Shown: in pieces, positions 15,367 through 23,905 of the stretch | Numbering within the stretch: position 1 is the stretch's first letter | Layout: every line of letters begins with the position of its first letter | DNA from: a virus | Lineage: Duplodnaviria; Caudoviricetes | Reading direction: 5' to 3' (one strand) | Length of the DNA: 55,857 nt | Virus record (IMG/VR): IMGVR_UViG_3300029309_000050 | Span: 1-55,857 of that record | The notes under the pieces: generated by a model | What the model was told of the DNA's origin: nothing | What the model saw: the letters and a program-made list of their open reading frames with translations, nothing else | The model's database searches: none | Made by a program: the position numbers and the translations under genes

Positions 15367-16108
15367 TTATATTAGATATAAGAAAGAAATTGAGGAAGTT
15401 TTAAAAAGAACTAGAAAACCTGAAAACGGTGATTACACTATATTAACAGATGAAGAAATAAAAATTAATTTTCTTCCTTTAGTAATAACTTTAGCACATA
15501 GGCAATCAACATCAGACCAAGCATCCGGTGTATTAAGTATACTAGACTTGTTTCAAGAAGGTAATGCTGGATTATGTGCTGCAGTTAATAAATTAGATAG
15601 AGCTGTTTTAAGCGAGTCTGAGGACCAAGAAAAAACTTTAAAATCATTTCTATCAAAAAGAATTAAAGGCGCGATACGAAGAGCTGTAGATATTAATAGA
15701 GCTGACGTACGCATACCTGAACATAAATTAAATGAGATTAGGCGCAATCCAAAAGATGAAAAAATGGTAGCAATGTTTTTTAATAGCGTTTTTGCTAGCA
15801 TTGATGATAATCCTAATCAAGATGAAAATATGGCTTATCAAGTTGTAGATAAGTCAGAACCATATAATATTGCTTTATTAAATGCTTATTTATTACAATT
15901 AATGAAAAAACATTTAACAATGCAACAATATGAAGTCCTTAGGTTAAGCTTTGGGCTAGACTGTGATAAGCACTCTGCTAATGATATAGCGGAAAAATTA
16001 AATATAAATGTTAATACTGCTCATGTACGTATCTCACAAATAAAAAGAGATGCCATACAGGTATTAATAGATAATGTAGATAGTTCGCAAGTGCTTGATT
16101 ACCTGTAA
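15344..16108 (+). CDS. Phage sigma70-family RNA polymerase sigma factor
   Basis: Region 2 (NFLPLVITLA...LDLFQEGNAGLCAAVNKLD...IKGAIRRAVD...VRIPEH) and region 4 (VLRLSFGL...DIAEKLNI...RISQIKRDAI). Confidence 0.85.
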   Translation: MKKYNIANYIRYKKEIEEVLKRTRKPENGDYTILTDEEIKINFLPLVITLAHRQSTSDQASGVLSILDLFQEGNAGLCAAVNKLDRAVLSESEDQEKTLKSFLSKRIKGAIRRAVDINRADVRIPEHKLNEIRRNPKDEKMVAMFFNSVFASIDDNPNQDENMAYQVVDKSEPYNIALLNAYLLQLMKKHLTMQQYEVLRLSFGLDCDKHSANDIAEKLNINVNTAHVRISQIKRDAIQVLIDNVDSSQVLDYL

Positions 16109-16111
16109 GTT

Positions 16112-16138
16112 ACGGTATAAAATACCGTTTAAGTTTAA
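16112..16138 (+). terminator. Possible weak terminator hairpin after sigma gene
   Basis: ACGGTAT-AAA-ATACCGT followed by T-rich tract. Confidence 0.35.
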
Positions 16139-16146
16139 TTAAAATT

Positions 16147-16159
16147 ATGTAATTATATT
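16147..16159 (+). promoter_or_regulatory. Motif B promoter candidate (ATGTAATTATATT)
   Basis: Upstream of recombination/replication operon. Confidence 0.5.
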
Positions 16160-16162
16160 ATT

Positions 16163-16705
16163 ATGACCATAAACCAAAAGTTAGCAACCATTCAAACAAA
16201 ATTTAAATCGAAGAAGAGTAGATTTAATTCATTCGGCAAATATTACTTTCGCAGTGCCGAAGACATTCTCGAAGCAATTAAACCTTATCTATTAGAGATT
16301 GGAGTTGCAGTAACAATTAATGAAAAATTAATTGCCACTGATCCTATGCCTATAATTAAAACAACTGCAAAGTTGATTGATGAAAAAGGCATGGAAGTAT
16401 CTGCTGTTGCAATAGTAGGTGTAGACCTAAATCAAAAAGGTATGCAAACACCGCAGCAGTTTGGTAGTGCGTCGAGTTATGCAAAAAAATATGCGTTAGG
16501 AAATCTATTATTAATAGATGATACACAAGATAGCGACGCTACAAATAATCATGGCAAAGCGCCTGTAAGTAAAGTTATGACAAAACAAAAACTTGCTGAC
16601 GTACAAAAAGCAATTGATTATATAAAAGCAGGTGGAAAAATAGAAGCTATCAAAGCTAAATATGATTTAACTTCTGCACAAGAAAATAAATTATTACAAG
16701 CTTAA
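16163..16705 (+). CDS. ERF-family ssDNA annealing protein
   Basis: FNSFGKYYFRSAEDIL...QQFGSASSYAKKYALGNLLLIDD...DSD. Confidence 0.85.
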   Translation: MTINQKLATIQTKFKSKKSRFNSFGKYYFRSAEDILEAIKPYLLEIGVAVTINEKLIATDPMPIIKTTAKLIDEKGMEVSAVAIVGVDLNQKGMQTPQQFGSASSYAKKYALGNLLLIDDTQDSDATNNHGKAPVSKVMTKQKLADVQKAIDYIKAGGKIEAIKAKYDLTSAQENKLLQA

Positions 16706-16728
16706 TACGAATCAATTCGGATAATGAA
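16696..16728 (+). promoter_or_regulatory. Motif A copy 9 (overlaps next ATG)
   Basis: ACAAGCTTAATACG-N9-GGATAATG. Confidence 0.6.
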
Positions 16729-17455
16729 AAAAGAAAAGGTTATTGAAAAGCTTAGAAACGATGAAGACTATTACGGAGATTTTGGTAAACAATATTTAAG
16801 TAATAGCGACATTAAAACTTTGCTTACTAACCCTTTAGCGCTTGGAGAACAATCTAAGCCTAGCCCAGCGTTTCTTGTTGGCGGATATTTTCACACCGCT
16901 ATACTTGAACCGGATAAGTTGAAGAAATACCGAGTAATACCTTCGTCAACTAGAAACACTAAGGCTTATAAAGAAATGTCTGGCGGCGAGCTATGTTTAT
17001 TACAGCATGAAGTTGACCAGATTGAATTGATGACTAATAAATTATTAAAGAACAATATATGTCGCGAGCTAATTCGTGGTATTGATGTTGAGTATGAAAA
17101 GCCGGGTATTGCAGAGCTTGAAGGAACAATGTGGAAAGGTAAAGCTGATATAGTAAATCACGATGATAAATTTGTGATTGACTTGAAGACTACTTCAGAT
17201 ATTAATTCTTTCAAGCGGTCTGCATACCGTTGGAATTACGATTCACAAGCATATATTTATAGTAAATTATTTGGTTATGAATTTATATTTATTGCTATTG
17301 ATAAAAATACACATCAAATAGCAGTTATAGATTGTTCATCTGATTTTTATGAATCAGGCAAAGACAAAGTAAAGAGAGCGGTAGAAGCTTACGATTTATT
17401 CTACAAAACAGAAGGCTTTGAACCTTCACAATATTTTATTAATTTAACACTTTAA
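16724..17455 (+). CDS. PD-(D/E)xK exonuclease (RecE/ExoVIII-like)
   Basis: LSNSDIK, GGYFHTAILEP, KGKADIV...IDLKTT, YDSQAYIY. Confidence 0.85.
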   Translation: MKKEKVIEKLRNDEDYYGDFGKQYLSNSDIKTLLTNPLALGEQSKPSPAFLVGGYFHTAILEPDKLKKYRVIPSSTRNTKAYKEMSGGELCLLQHEVDQIELMTNKLLKNNICRELIRGIDVEYEKPGIAELEGTMWKGKADIVNHDDKFVIDLKTTSDINSFKRSAYRWNYDSQAYIYSKLFGYEFIFIAIDKNTHQIAVIDCSSDFYESGKDKVKRAVEAYDLFYKTEGFEPSQYFINLTL

Positions 17456-17465
17456 TTTAATTCAA

Positions 17466-17633
17466 ATGGCTAGAACTAAAAAAAGAACCTGTACAGTAAC
17501 AGGAATGACTACAAGTACTAACAATTTTTATGGAAATCAAAATCACGTAAAAGCTGTTGATAACTTGAGAAGAGTAACTGGTGCAACAAAAGACCAGTTA
17601 TCTAGAATGTTTAATCAATTACAAACATATTAA
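17466..17633 (+). CDS. Small hypothetical protein (55 aa, not in ORF track)
   Basis: MARTKKRTCTVTGMTTSTNNFY...KAVDNLRRVTGATKDQL; fills intergenic gap. Confidence 0.65.
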   Translation: MARTKKRTCTVTGMTTSTNNFYGNQNHVKAVDNLRRVTGATKDQLSRMFNQLQTY

Positions 17634-17634
17634 T

Positions 17635-17940
17635 ATGGCAAGTATTATAGCAACAAGTATTGACCTTACAAAAATACCGAAAGATAAAATTATTGACGGT
17701 GCAAAAGGAAAGTACTTACCTATTACTATTACTATCAATGATGAAGTTGATCAGTTTGGAAATCAAGGTCCTGTTATAGTTAGACAAACTAAAGAGGAAA
17801 GGGATGCTAAAACTGAAAAAGTTTATCTTGGTAATGTAAAAGTAGTATGGACGAATGGTGATAATGTAAATGTAGCACCTAGAGATGAAGCTACAGCTGC
17901 ACCAGTACAAGCACAACCAGCTGATGATTTACCATTTTAA
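17635..17940 (+). CDS. Single-stranded DNA-binding protein
   Basis: Acidic DDLPF C-terminal tip; between exonuclease and primase; start moved to ATG 17635. Confidence 0.7.
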   Translation: MASIIATSIDLTKIPKDKIIDGAKGKYLPITITINDEVDQFGNQGPVIVRQTKEERDAKTEKVYLGNVKVVWTNGDNVNVAPRDEATAAPVQAQPADDLPF

Positions 17941-17951
17941 ATAAATAATAA

Positions 17952-19688
17952 ATGCAAACTGAGATTAACGGATTTTTAATTGATAATTTTAATCAATACG
18001 ATCTAGAAGTTGGGAAAACACAGGGCATATGTCCTTTGTGTTCTCACACAAGAAAACCCGAAAATAAAAAAGCAAAATGTTCTTCTTATGATTGGGAAAG
18101 AGGTCTCGGTACATGCCACAATTGTAATACATCATTTCAACTACATACATATAAGCGTAAAGGTGGTGAAGATAAAATCTACACAAAACCTGAACAACCA
18201 GAATGGGATTCAGAAAGACCTGGTATGAATTTTGGTTTAGATGATAAAGTAGTTGACTGGTTTAAATCAAGAGGAATATCACGAGGAACTTTGATTGACT
18301 TAGGTGTTGGTCAAGGTTCCGAGTATATGCCTCAAACCGGCAAAGCCGAGAACACAATAAAGTTCAATTATTTTGTAGGAGGTGAATTAATTAATATTAA
18401 ATACCGAGACGGAAGAAAGAACTTTAAATTATTTAAAGGGGCTGAAAAAGTTTTTTACAATATTGATAGTATTGTAGGATATGATTCTTGTGTTATCACA
18501 GAGGGTGAGATGGACACATTAGCGTTGCATGAAGCTGGAATAACTAATGTAGTATCTGTGCCAAACGGGGCTACATTAAATCATAATAATTTAGATTATT
18601 TAGATAACTGTATAGATTATTTTGAAGATAAAGAAAAAATAATATTAGCAGTTGATCAAGATGAAGCGGGTATAGCATTACAAAATGAATTAGTTAGAAG
18701 ATTAGGGGCAGAAGTATGTTACTTAACTAATTTTGTAGATTGCAAAGACGCTAATGATTATTTACTTAAATATGGCAAAGAAGAGTTAATTAAAGCAATA
18801 AATGAGTGTAGACCTGTGCCTCTTGAAAATGTTACAACATTTAAAGATATAGAACATGAAGTTACAGACTTTGTACAAAATGGTTTCAAAAAAGGTTATC
18901 AAATTGGTTTGGATAATTTTGATAGTATTTTTAGTACATATACTGGTCAATTTATTACAGTTACTGGTATTCCTTCGTCTGGTAAATCAGATTTTGTAGA
19001 CCAAATGTGTGTAGGTTATAATCAAAATTATGGCTGGAAAACAGCTTTTGCATCACCAGAAAATGCTCCAACATATTTACATGCCCATAAGCTAATGCGT
19101 AAAGTATGGCAAGATATGCCGAGAAAATCTGATATTGGTTCAGATAAATGGAAACAAGTTGCGGAACATGTTAACGATAACTTTTTCTTTATTGATATGG
19201 AACGTTATACTCTTGAAACAGTATTACGAAAAGGAGCTGAGCTTGTTAAACGTAAAGGTATTAAATGTTTAGTTATAGACCCTTTTAATAAAATAAGAGA
19301 CGTAGATGCACATTCAGATGATGTTAATAGATATACTATGGATTATCTTACAAAGATTGAAAGCTTTGCTAAGAAATATGATGTATTGGTATTTATAGTA
19401 GCGCATCCAACTAAAATGTATAAAGATAGTAATGGTAAAATTGAAGAGCCAACTATGTACAATATCAAAGGTGGTGGCGAATGGTATGATGCAAGTTATC
19501 ATGGTTTATTAGTTCATAGAGATTATCAAGAAAAAACTTGTAAGGTAAAAGTTTTAAAAGTTAAGTTTCAAAATTTAGGAGAGAATGGCGCTGAAGCACA
19601 CTTTACTTGGGAGCCAAGGTCTGGATGTTTTGTTCCACATTATTTAGAAGCTATAGGTGAAGATGAGCCTATGCCTTGGGAAACATAA
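17952..19688 (+). CDS. Primase-helicase (T7 gp4/Twinkle-like)
   Basis: Zn finger CPLC...CHNC, TOPRIM EGEMD and DQDEAG, Walker A GIPSSGKS, VIDP, VAHP. Confidence 0.92.
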   Translation: MQTEINGFLIDNFNQYDLEVGKTQGICPLCSHTRKPENKKAKCSSYDWERGLGTCHNCNTSFQLHTYKRKGGEDKIYTKPEQPEWDSERPGMNFGLDDKVVDWFKSRGISRGTLIDLGVGQGSEYMPQTGKAENTIKFNYFVGGELINIKYRDGRKNFKLFKGAEKVFYNIDSIVGYDSCVITEGEMDTLALHEAGITNVVSVPNGATLNHNNLDYLDNCIDYFEDKEKIILAVDQDEAGIALQNELVRRLGAEVCYLTNFVDCKDANDYLLKYGKEELIKAINECRPVPLENVTTFKDIEHEVTDFVQNGFKKGYQIGLDNFDSIFSTYTGQFITVTGIPSSGKSDFVDQMCVGYNQNYGWKTAFASPENAPTYLHAHKLMRKVWQDMPRKSDIGSDKWKQVAEHVNDNFFFIDMERYTLETVLRKGAELVKRKGIKCLVIDPFNKIRDVDAHSDDVNRYTMDYLTKIESFAKKYDVLVFIVAHPTKMYKDSNGKIEEPTMYNIKGGGEWYDASYHGLLVHRDYQEKTCKVKVLKVKFQNLGENGAEAHFTWEPRSGCFVPHYLEAIGEDEPMPWET

Positions 19689-19954
19689 TGTTTAGAAGAA
19701 AAGGAAAACCAATGCCATCATACTTTGCTTCAAATGAAGAAATGGAAGCGTGTTTATTTTGTAGAAGAAACAATATAAGAATATCTCCTATAGGTATAAA
19801 AAATGATTTAGACCACTGGAGAATAACAATTAATATTGGTCCATATAAAAAAGGTGAAAAGCCACATATATCGCCTAAAATATATGATAGAAAAAATATA
19901 TGGCCAGAATATTATAAAATGTGTAAATATTATTATGACAAATATAGAAAGTGA
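19688..19954 (+). CDS. Hypothetical protein
   Basis: TAATG overlap with primase stop. Confidence 0.6.
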   Translation: MFRRKGKPMPSYFASNEEMEACLFCRRNNIRISPIGIKNDLDHWRITINIGPYKKGEKPHISPKIYDRKNIWPEYYKMCKYYYDKYRK

Positions 19955-20783
19955 ATATAGAGCTTTATTAGCAAACTTATTAAATGCTCCTAAGAAAGAA
20001 GATAGAACAGGCGTTGGTACTACATCTTTATTTGGCAGGCAGATAGAGCATGATATGTCATTAGGCTTCCCGTTATTAGTTGGAAAGAAAATGTATTTTA
20101 ATCATGCTGTAACTGAATTGTTATGGATATTAAATGGTAGAACAGACTTAGGTTATTTACATCAGAATGGTGTTCATTATTGGGATGATGATTATGAAAG
20201 ATCTGGTAGACAAGACGGAAAGCTGGGCCCTGTATATGGCGCACAATGGCGTGACTTTAATGGTTATGACCAGCTTATGAATTTAATTTACGGCATGGTT
20301 ATTGATCCTTATTCAAGGAGACATATTATAAATGCTTGGAGACCAGATAAGCTAAAAAACATGGTATTACCCCCATGTCATTATGCAATGCAAATAAATA
20401 TAAATAGCAATGACACAATGGATTTAATGTGGATTCAACGTTCAGCTGATGTATTTTTAGGTTTACCTTATGATATTGCAATGTACGGTATATTACTAGA
20501 ATTGCTTTGTGTTAATACACAATATAAACCTGGCAAACTAATAGGTCAGCTTGGTGATTGTCATTTATATAATAATCATCGTGATGCTGCAACAGAATAT
20601 ATATATAGAGAGGAAGCTTGGGATATTGAATTACCAAAATTAAAAATACATGGTAATGGTATTATATTTAAAGGAGGCCATAGAAGTAATCCTGGATTAG
20701 AAATACCTAAGAAAAAACAATTTGAATTAATTAATTATACCCCTTTATCTGCTATCAAAGCAAAATTAAACGTTGGAAAATAA
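19935..20783 (+). CDS. thyA: Thymidylate synthase
   Basis: DRTGVGT, ELLWIL, GPVYGAQWR, LPPCH, QRSADVFLGLPYDIA, GDCHLY; start moved to ATG 19935. Confidence 0.95.
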   Translation: MTNIESEYRALLANLLNAPKKEDRTGVGTTSLFGRQIEHDMSLGFPLLVGKKMYFNHAVTELLWILNGRTDLGYLHQNGVHYWDDDYERSGRQDGKLGPVYGAQWRDFNGYDQLMNLIYGMVIDPYSRRHIINAWRPDKLKNMVLPPCHYAMQININSNDTMDLMWIQRSADVFLGLPYDIAMYGILLELLCVNTQYKPGKLIGQLGDCHLYNNHRDAATEYIYREEAWDIELPKLKIHGNGIIFKGGHRSNPGLEIPKKKQFELINYTPLSAIKAKLNVGK

Positions 20784-21592
20784 TGTATTATTTATATCAC
20801 ATTCCTGGTAAAAAAATTGGCGTAACACGTAATCTTAATAAAAGAGTTACGCAAGAGCAGGGCTATAAGCCTGACGAATACGAAGTTTTAGATTCTTCTA
20901 AAGATATTGATTATATATCAGAAAAAGAACTAGAACTTCAAAAGTATTTCGGATATAGAGTAGACCGTAAACCATATAAAAATTTATATAAAATGAAAAT
21001 AAACGTAACCGAACAAACTACAACATTTCCTTGCCCATTAAATAAATTAAAAGGGCAGTTAATGGATAATTCAGAATTAACTTGGGAAACATCTTTTGGT
21101 AAAGTATTATTAGATACAAAGTTAATTCATTGGATTGTAAATAATGCTCATGAATCAATGTATAATACAAATAGATGTTATGTATACAATAAAGCTTTAT
21201 GGGAAGCATTCACAAAAATAAATAGCTTAGAAAGCCTTATTTCTAAATTCAAACCTGGTACAACTGAAAAAATTAATCATCAGCTATCAGACTTAAAATT
21301 AAATCATTTTGATTTAATTAGAGATTGGGCTGCTGAAAGAGGTATATATGAAAAAGGTAATGCTCATACACAATATGTTAAGCTTCAGGAAGAAGCTGGC
21401 GAATTAGCAAAAGCTTTACTTAATAAAGATAAACCTGAAATTAAAGATGCTATTGGTGATACAGTTGTTGTGTTAACAAACCTAGCGTATCTTGAAGGAT
21501 TTACCATAGAAGAATGTATTGAATCAGCTTATGCTGAAATATCAAATAGAAAAGGTAAAATAGTTAATGGAACATTTATAAAAGATGAATAG
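20783..21592 (+). CDS. MazG-like NTP pyrophosphohydrolase with GIY-YIG-like N-terminus
   Basis: KLQEEAGELA...DAIGDTVVVL...AYAEISNRKG; N-terminal YYLYHIPGKKIGVTRNLNKRV. Confidence 0.75.
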   Translation: MYYLYHIPGKKIGVTRNLNKRVTQEQGYKPDEYEVLDSSKDIDYISEKELELQKYFGYRVDRKPYKNLYKMKINVTEQTTTFPCPLNKLKGQLMDNSELTWETSFGKVLLDTKLIHWIVNNAHESMYNTNRCYVYNKALWEAFTKINSLESLISKFKPGTTEKINHQLSDLKLNHFDLIRDWAAERGIYEKGNAHTQYVKLQEEAGELAKALLNKDKPEIKDAIGDTVVVLTNLAYLEGFTIEECIESAYAEISNRKGKIVNGTFIKDE

Positions 21593-21848
21593 AGATAAAA
21601 TAATCGAGCGAGTAATTAATAAGATTAAAAGCCGCTCAGACGTAGGTTACGCAAAATACAAAGTTACTTTGCATGACGATGACCAACCATTAGACGTTTG
21701 GTTAACACATATTCAAGAAGAATTAATGGATGCTGTAAATTATATTGAAAAAGCTAAAGCTGTTTTAACAGATGAAGTTGAAGAGATTGCTTTAAAAAGA
21801 TTTTCAAGCGCCGACGATATTGAAGTTCATGAAGAAGAGATACTATAG
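21585..21848 (+). CDS. Small all-alpha NTP-PPase-like protein
   Basis: RSDVGYAKY.VTL...WLTHIQEELMDAVNY. Confidence 0.55.
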   Translation: MNRDKIIERVINKIKSRSDVGYAKYKVTLHDDDQPLDVWLTHIQEELMDAVNYIEKAKAVLTDEVEEIALKRFSSADDIEVHEEEIL

Positions 21849-22281
21849 AAAAAAAAGAGGTCCTGTAGTTTCTAAGAAAGTGATACATGATGGTATTACT
21901 TTTCAATCTAATTTAGAAAAATATATGTATTGCGCATTAAAAAAAGCAAACATAAAAGCAAGTTATGAAGGTGAAACATTTGTATTATTAAATGGTTTTC
22001 ATTTTGATAATGAATGCTGGGAAAGACAATCAAATAGTAAAGGAGTATTTAAAAATAGAGGTGAGAAAAGAATCTTACCTATAAAATATACGCCAGATTT
22101 TATTGGTAAAAATTTTATTATTGAAACTAAAGGTAGACCCAATGAATCATTTCCAATGAGATGGAAATTATTTAAGAAACTTGTTATGCAACAGTTTCCT
22201 AATTATACTTTATTTAAACCGCAAAATCAAAAAGAATGCGACAAGGTAATAGAAATACTAAAGAGTCAGCAAAACATTTAG
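21829..22281 (+). CDS. Endonuclease I-like Holliday junction resolvase
   Basis: FQSNLE...YE...YTPDF...IIETKG. Confidence 0.75.
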   Translation: MKKRYYRKKRGPVVSKKVIHDGITFQSNLEKYMYCALKKANIKASYEGETFVLLNGFHFDNECWERQSNSKGVFKNRGEKRILPIKYTPDFIGKNFIIETKGRPNESFPMRWKLFKKLVMQQFPNYTLFKPQNQKECDKVIEILKSQQNI

Positions 22282-22409
22282 CTAGACGAAAATATAAAGA
22301 ACGTAAAATCGATTCTTTTATAAAATGGTCGCTATCAAAACGTGGTTATTTAAAGTGGAAAGACTTAGAATTTATACATAACGAATACGGAATAAAATGC
22401 TATGGCTAA
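22236..22409 (+). CDS. Small hypothetical protein (57 aa, not in ORF track)
   Basis: MRQGNRNTKESAKHLARRKYKERKIDSFIKW...; fills gap. Confidence 0.5.
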   Translation: MRQGNRNTKESAKHLARRKYKERKIDSFIKWSLSKRGYLKWKDLEFIHNEYGIKCYG

Positions 22410-22539
22410 AAGAATAAATATATTTCAATATAGAAAAAAAACAAAAAAGAGAAGGCCGGGCGTTCACGCTAAGTCAAAATCAAGTAATCTAAAATCAAGT
22501 AAAAATTATGTCAAAAAATACAAAGGGCAGGGAAGATAA
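22402..22539 (+). CDS. Small basic peptide ending YKGQGR (45 aa, not in ORF track)
   Basis: KKRRPGVHAKSKSS...KNYVKKYKGQGR. Confidence 0.6.
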   Translation: MAKRINIFQYRKKTKKRRPGVHAKSKSSNLKSSKNYVKKYKGQGR

Positions 22540-22666
22540 TTGGACAATGGCTCTAGGGCTATATCCTGGATTATTGTTCGGTGTAAGAACTTATGAAGGG
22601 CCAGTATGGTCACAAGTAGTTTTTTATATACCATTTATTGACCTGGCTATAGAATGGAAAAATTAA
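22508..22666 (+). CDS. Small hypothetical protein (52 aa, not in ORF track)
   Basis: LGLYPGLLFGVRTYE...FYIPFIDLAIEW; ends 1 nt before nrdB. Confidence 0.55.
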   Translation: MSKNTKGREDNWTMALGLYPGLLFGVRTYEGPVWSQVVFYIPFIDLAIEWKN

Positions 22667-22667
22667 T

Positions 22668-23657
22668 ATGAAAGCACCTATATTTACAGAAAGAATACCT
22701 TATAAACCTTTTGAATACCCAGAATATTATACAGAAGGCTGGTTAAAACAAGCTCAAGCATTTTGGTTACATACTGAAATACCAATGAGCGGTGATGTAA
22801 AAGACTGGAACGAAAAATTAACACCAGAAGAAAAAAACTTAGTAGGTAATATATTATTAGGTTTTGCACAAACAGAATGTGCAGTGTCTGATTATTGGAC
22901 ACAAAAAGTCGTATCATGGTTTCCTAAACACGAGATACAGCAAATGGCTATGATGTTCGGCTCACAAGAAACAATACATGCTGTAGCTTATAGCTATTTA
23001 AATGAAACACTTGGACTTGAAAACTACGAAGCTTTTTTACATGAGCCAGCTACGGCTGCTCGTTTTGACAATCTCGTTGCATATGATGGCAACGATCCCG
23101 TCGGTATCGGAAAGTCATTGGCTGTTTTTTCTGCTTTCGCAGAAGGAGTATCTTTATATAGTGCTTTTGCAGTTCTTTATTCTTTTCAGCTTCGCAATTT
23201 ACTTAAGGGTATTGGCCAACAAATGAAATGGTCTGTAAGAGATGAATCATTACATAGTAAAATGGGTTGTCAATTATTTAGACAAATGTGTTCACAAATA
23301 CCGGGATTAAAACAAGAATGTGAACCACATATATTTAAAGCTGCATTAGAAATGCACAATGCTGAAATGACTTACATTAGTAAAATATTTGAAGCAGGCG
23401 ATATAGAAAATTTAACAAAATATGACCTTACACACTTCATTAAGAAAAGACTTGGTGATAAACTTGCAGAACTGGGTTACACAAGTAAAAAGTATAAACA
23501 ATGGGACTTCACGTTTTATGACCCCAAATGTATTGAAAATATGTCTTGGTTTGATCATCTTACCGGTGGTCATACCCATACTGATTTCTTTGCTATTAGG
23601 CCGACTGATTATTCAAAAGCTAACGAAGGAGAAGATTTTGAAGACATATGGGAATAA
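22668..23657 (+). CDS. nrdB: Ribonucleotide reductase class I beta subunit
   Basis: FWLHTEI, ETIHAVAYS, EGVSLYSAF, RDESLH, TDFF. Confidence 0.95.
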   Translation: MKAPIFTERIPYKPFEYPEYYTEGWLKQAQAFWLHTEIPMSGDVKDWNEKLTPEEKNLVGNILLGFAQTECAVSDYWTQKVVSWFPKHEIQQMAMMFGSQETIHAVAYSYLNETLGLENYEAFLHEPATAARFDNLVAYDGNDPVGIGKSLAVFSAFAEGVSLYSAFAVLYSFQLRNLLKGIGQQMKWSVRDESLHSKMGCQLFRQMCSQIPGLKQECEPHIFKAALEMHNAEMTYISKIFEAGDIENLTKYDLTHFIKKRLGDKLAELGYTSKKYKQWDFTFYDPKCIENMSWFDHLTGGHTHTDFFAIRPTDYSKANEGEDFEDIWE

Positions 23658-23905
23658 AAAGAAGAATACTAGAGTTACTAGTAAGAACTAGAAAGTTAAC
23701 GCCAGGCGAAAAGCTAGCTAGTAGAATAGGTTATTTTGGTGCAGGATGTCTATTATCGGCTCACTGGACATTAGAACCTAAACTATATATAGCAGGTTTT
23801 ATTTGTATATTAGTACAGGTAGCATCAAGAAAACAATGGAATTTAGTTGTTTTAAATATTAACGGGCTGGTTGCGTGGACAAGACATTTAATAAATAGTT
23901 TATAA
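23648..23905 (+). CDS. Small membrane protein between RNR subunits
   Basis: Several hydrophobic segments. Confidence 0.6.
   Translation: MGIKRRILELLVRTRKLTPGEKLASRIGYFGAGCLLSAHWTLEPKLYIAGFICILVQVASRKQWNLVVLNINGLVAWTRHLINSL

Noticed and set aside
8284-16728. Motif A as a CRISPR-like array
   Set aside because: Copies are 190-3000 nt apart, separated by genes, and have a variable core; no cas genes
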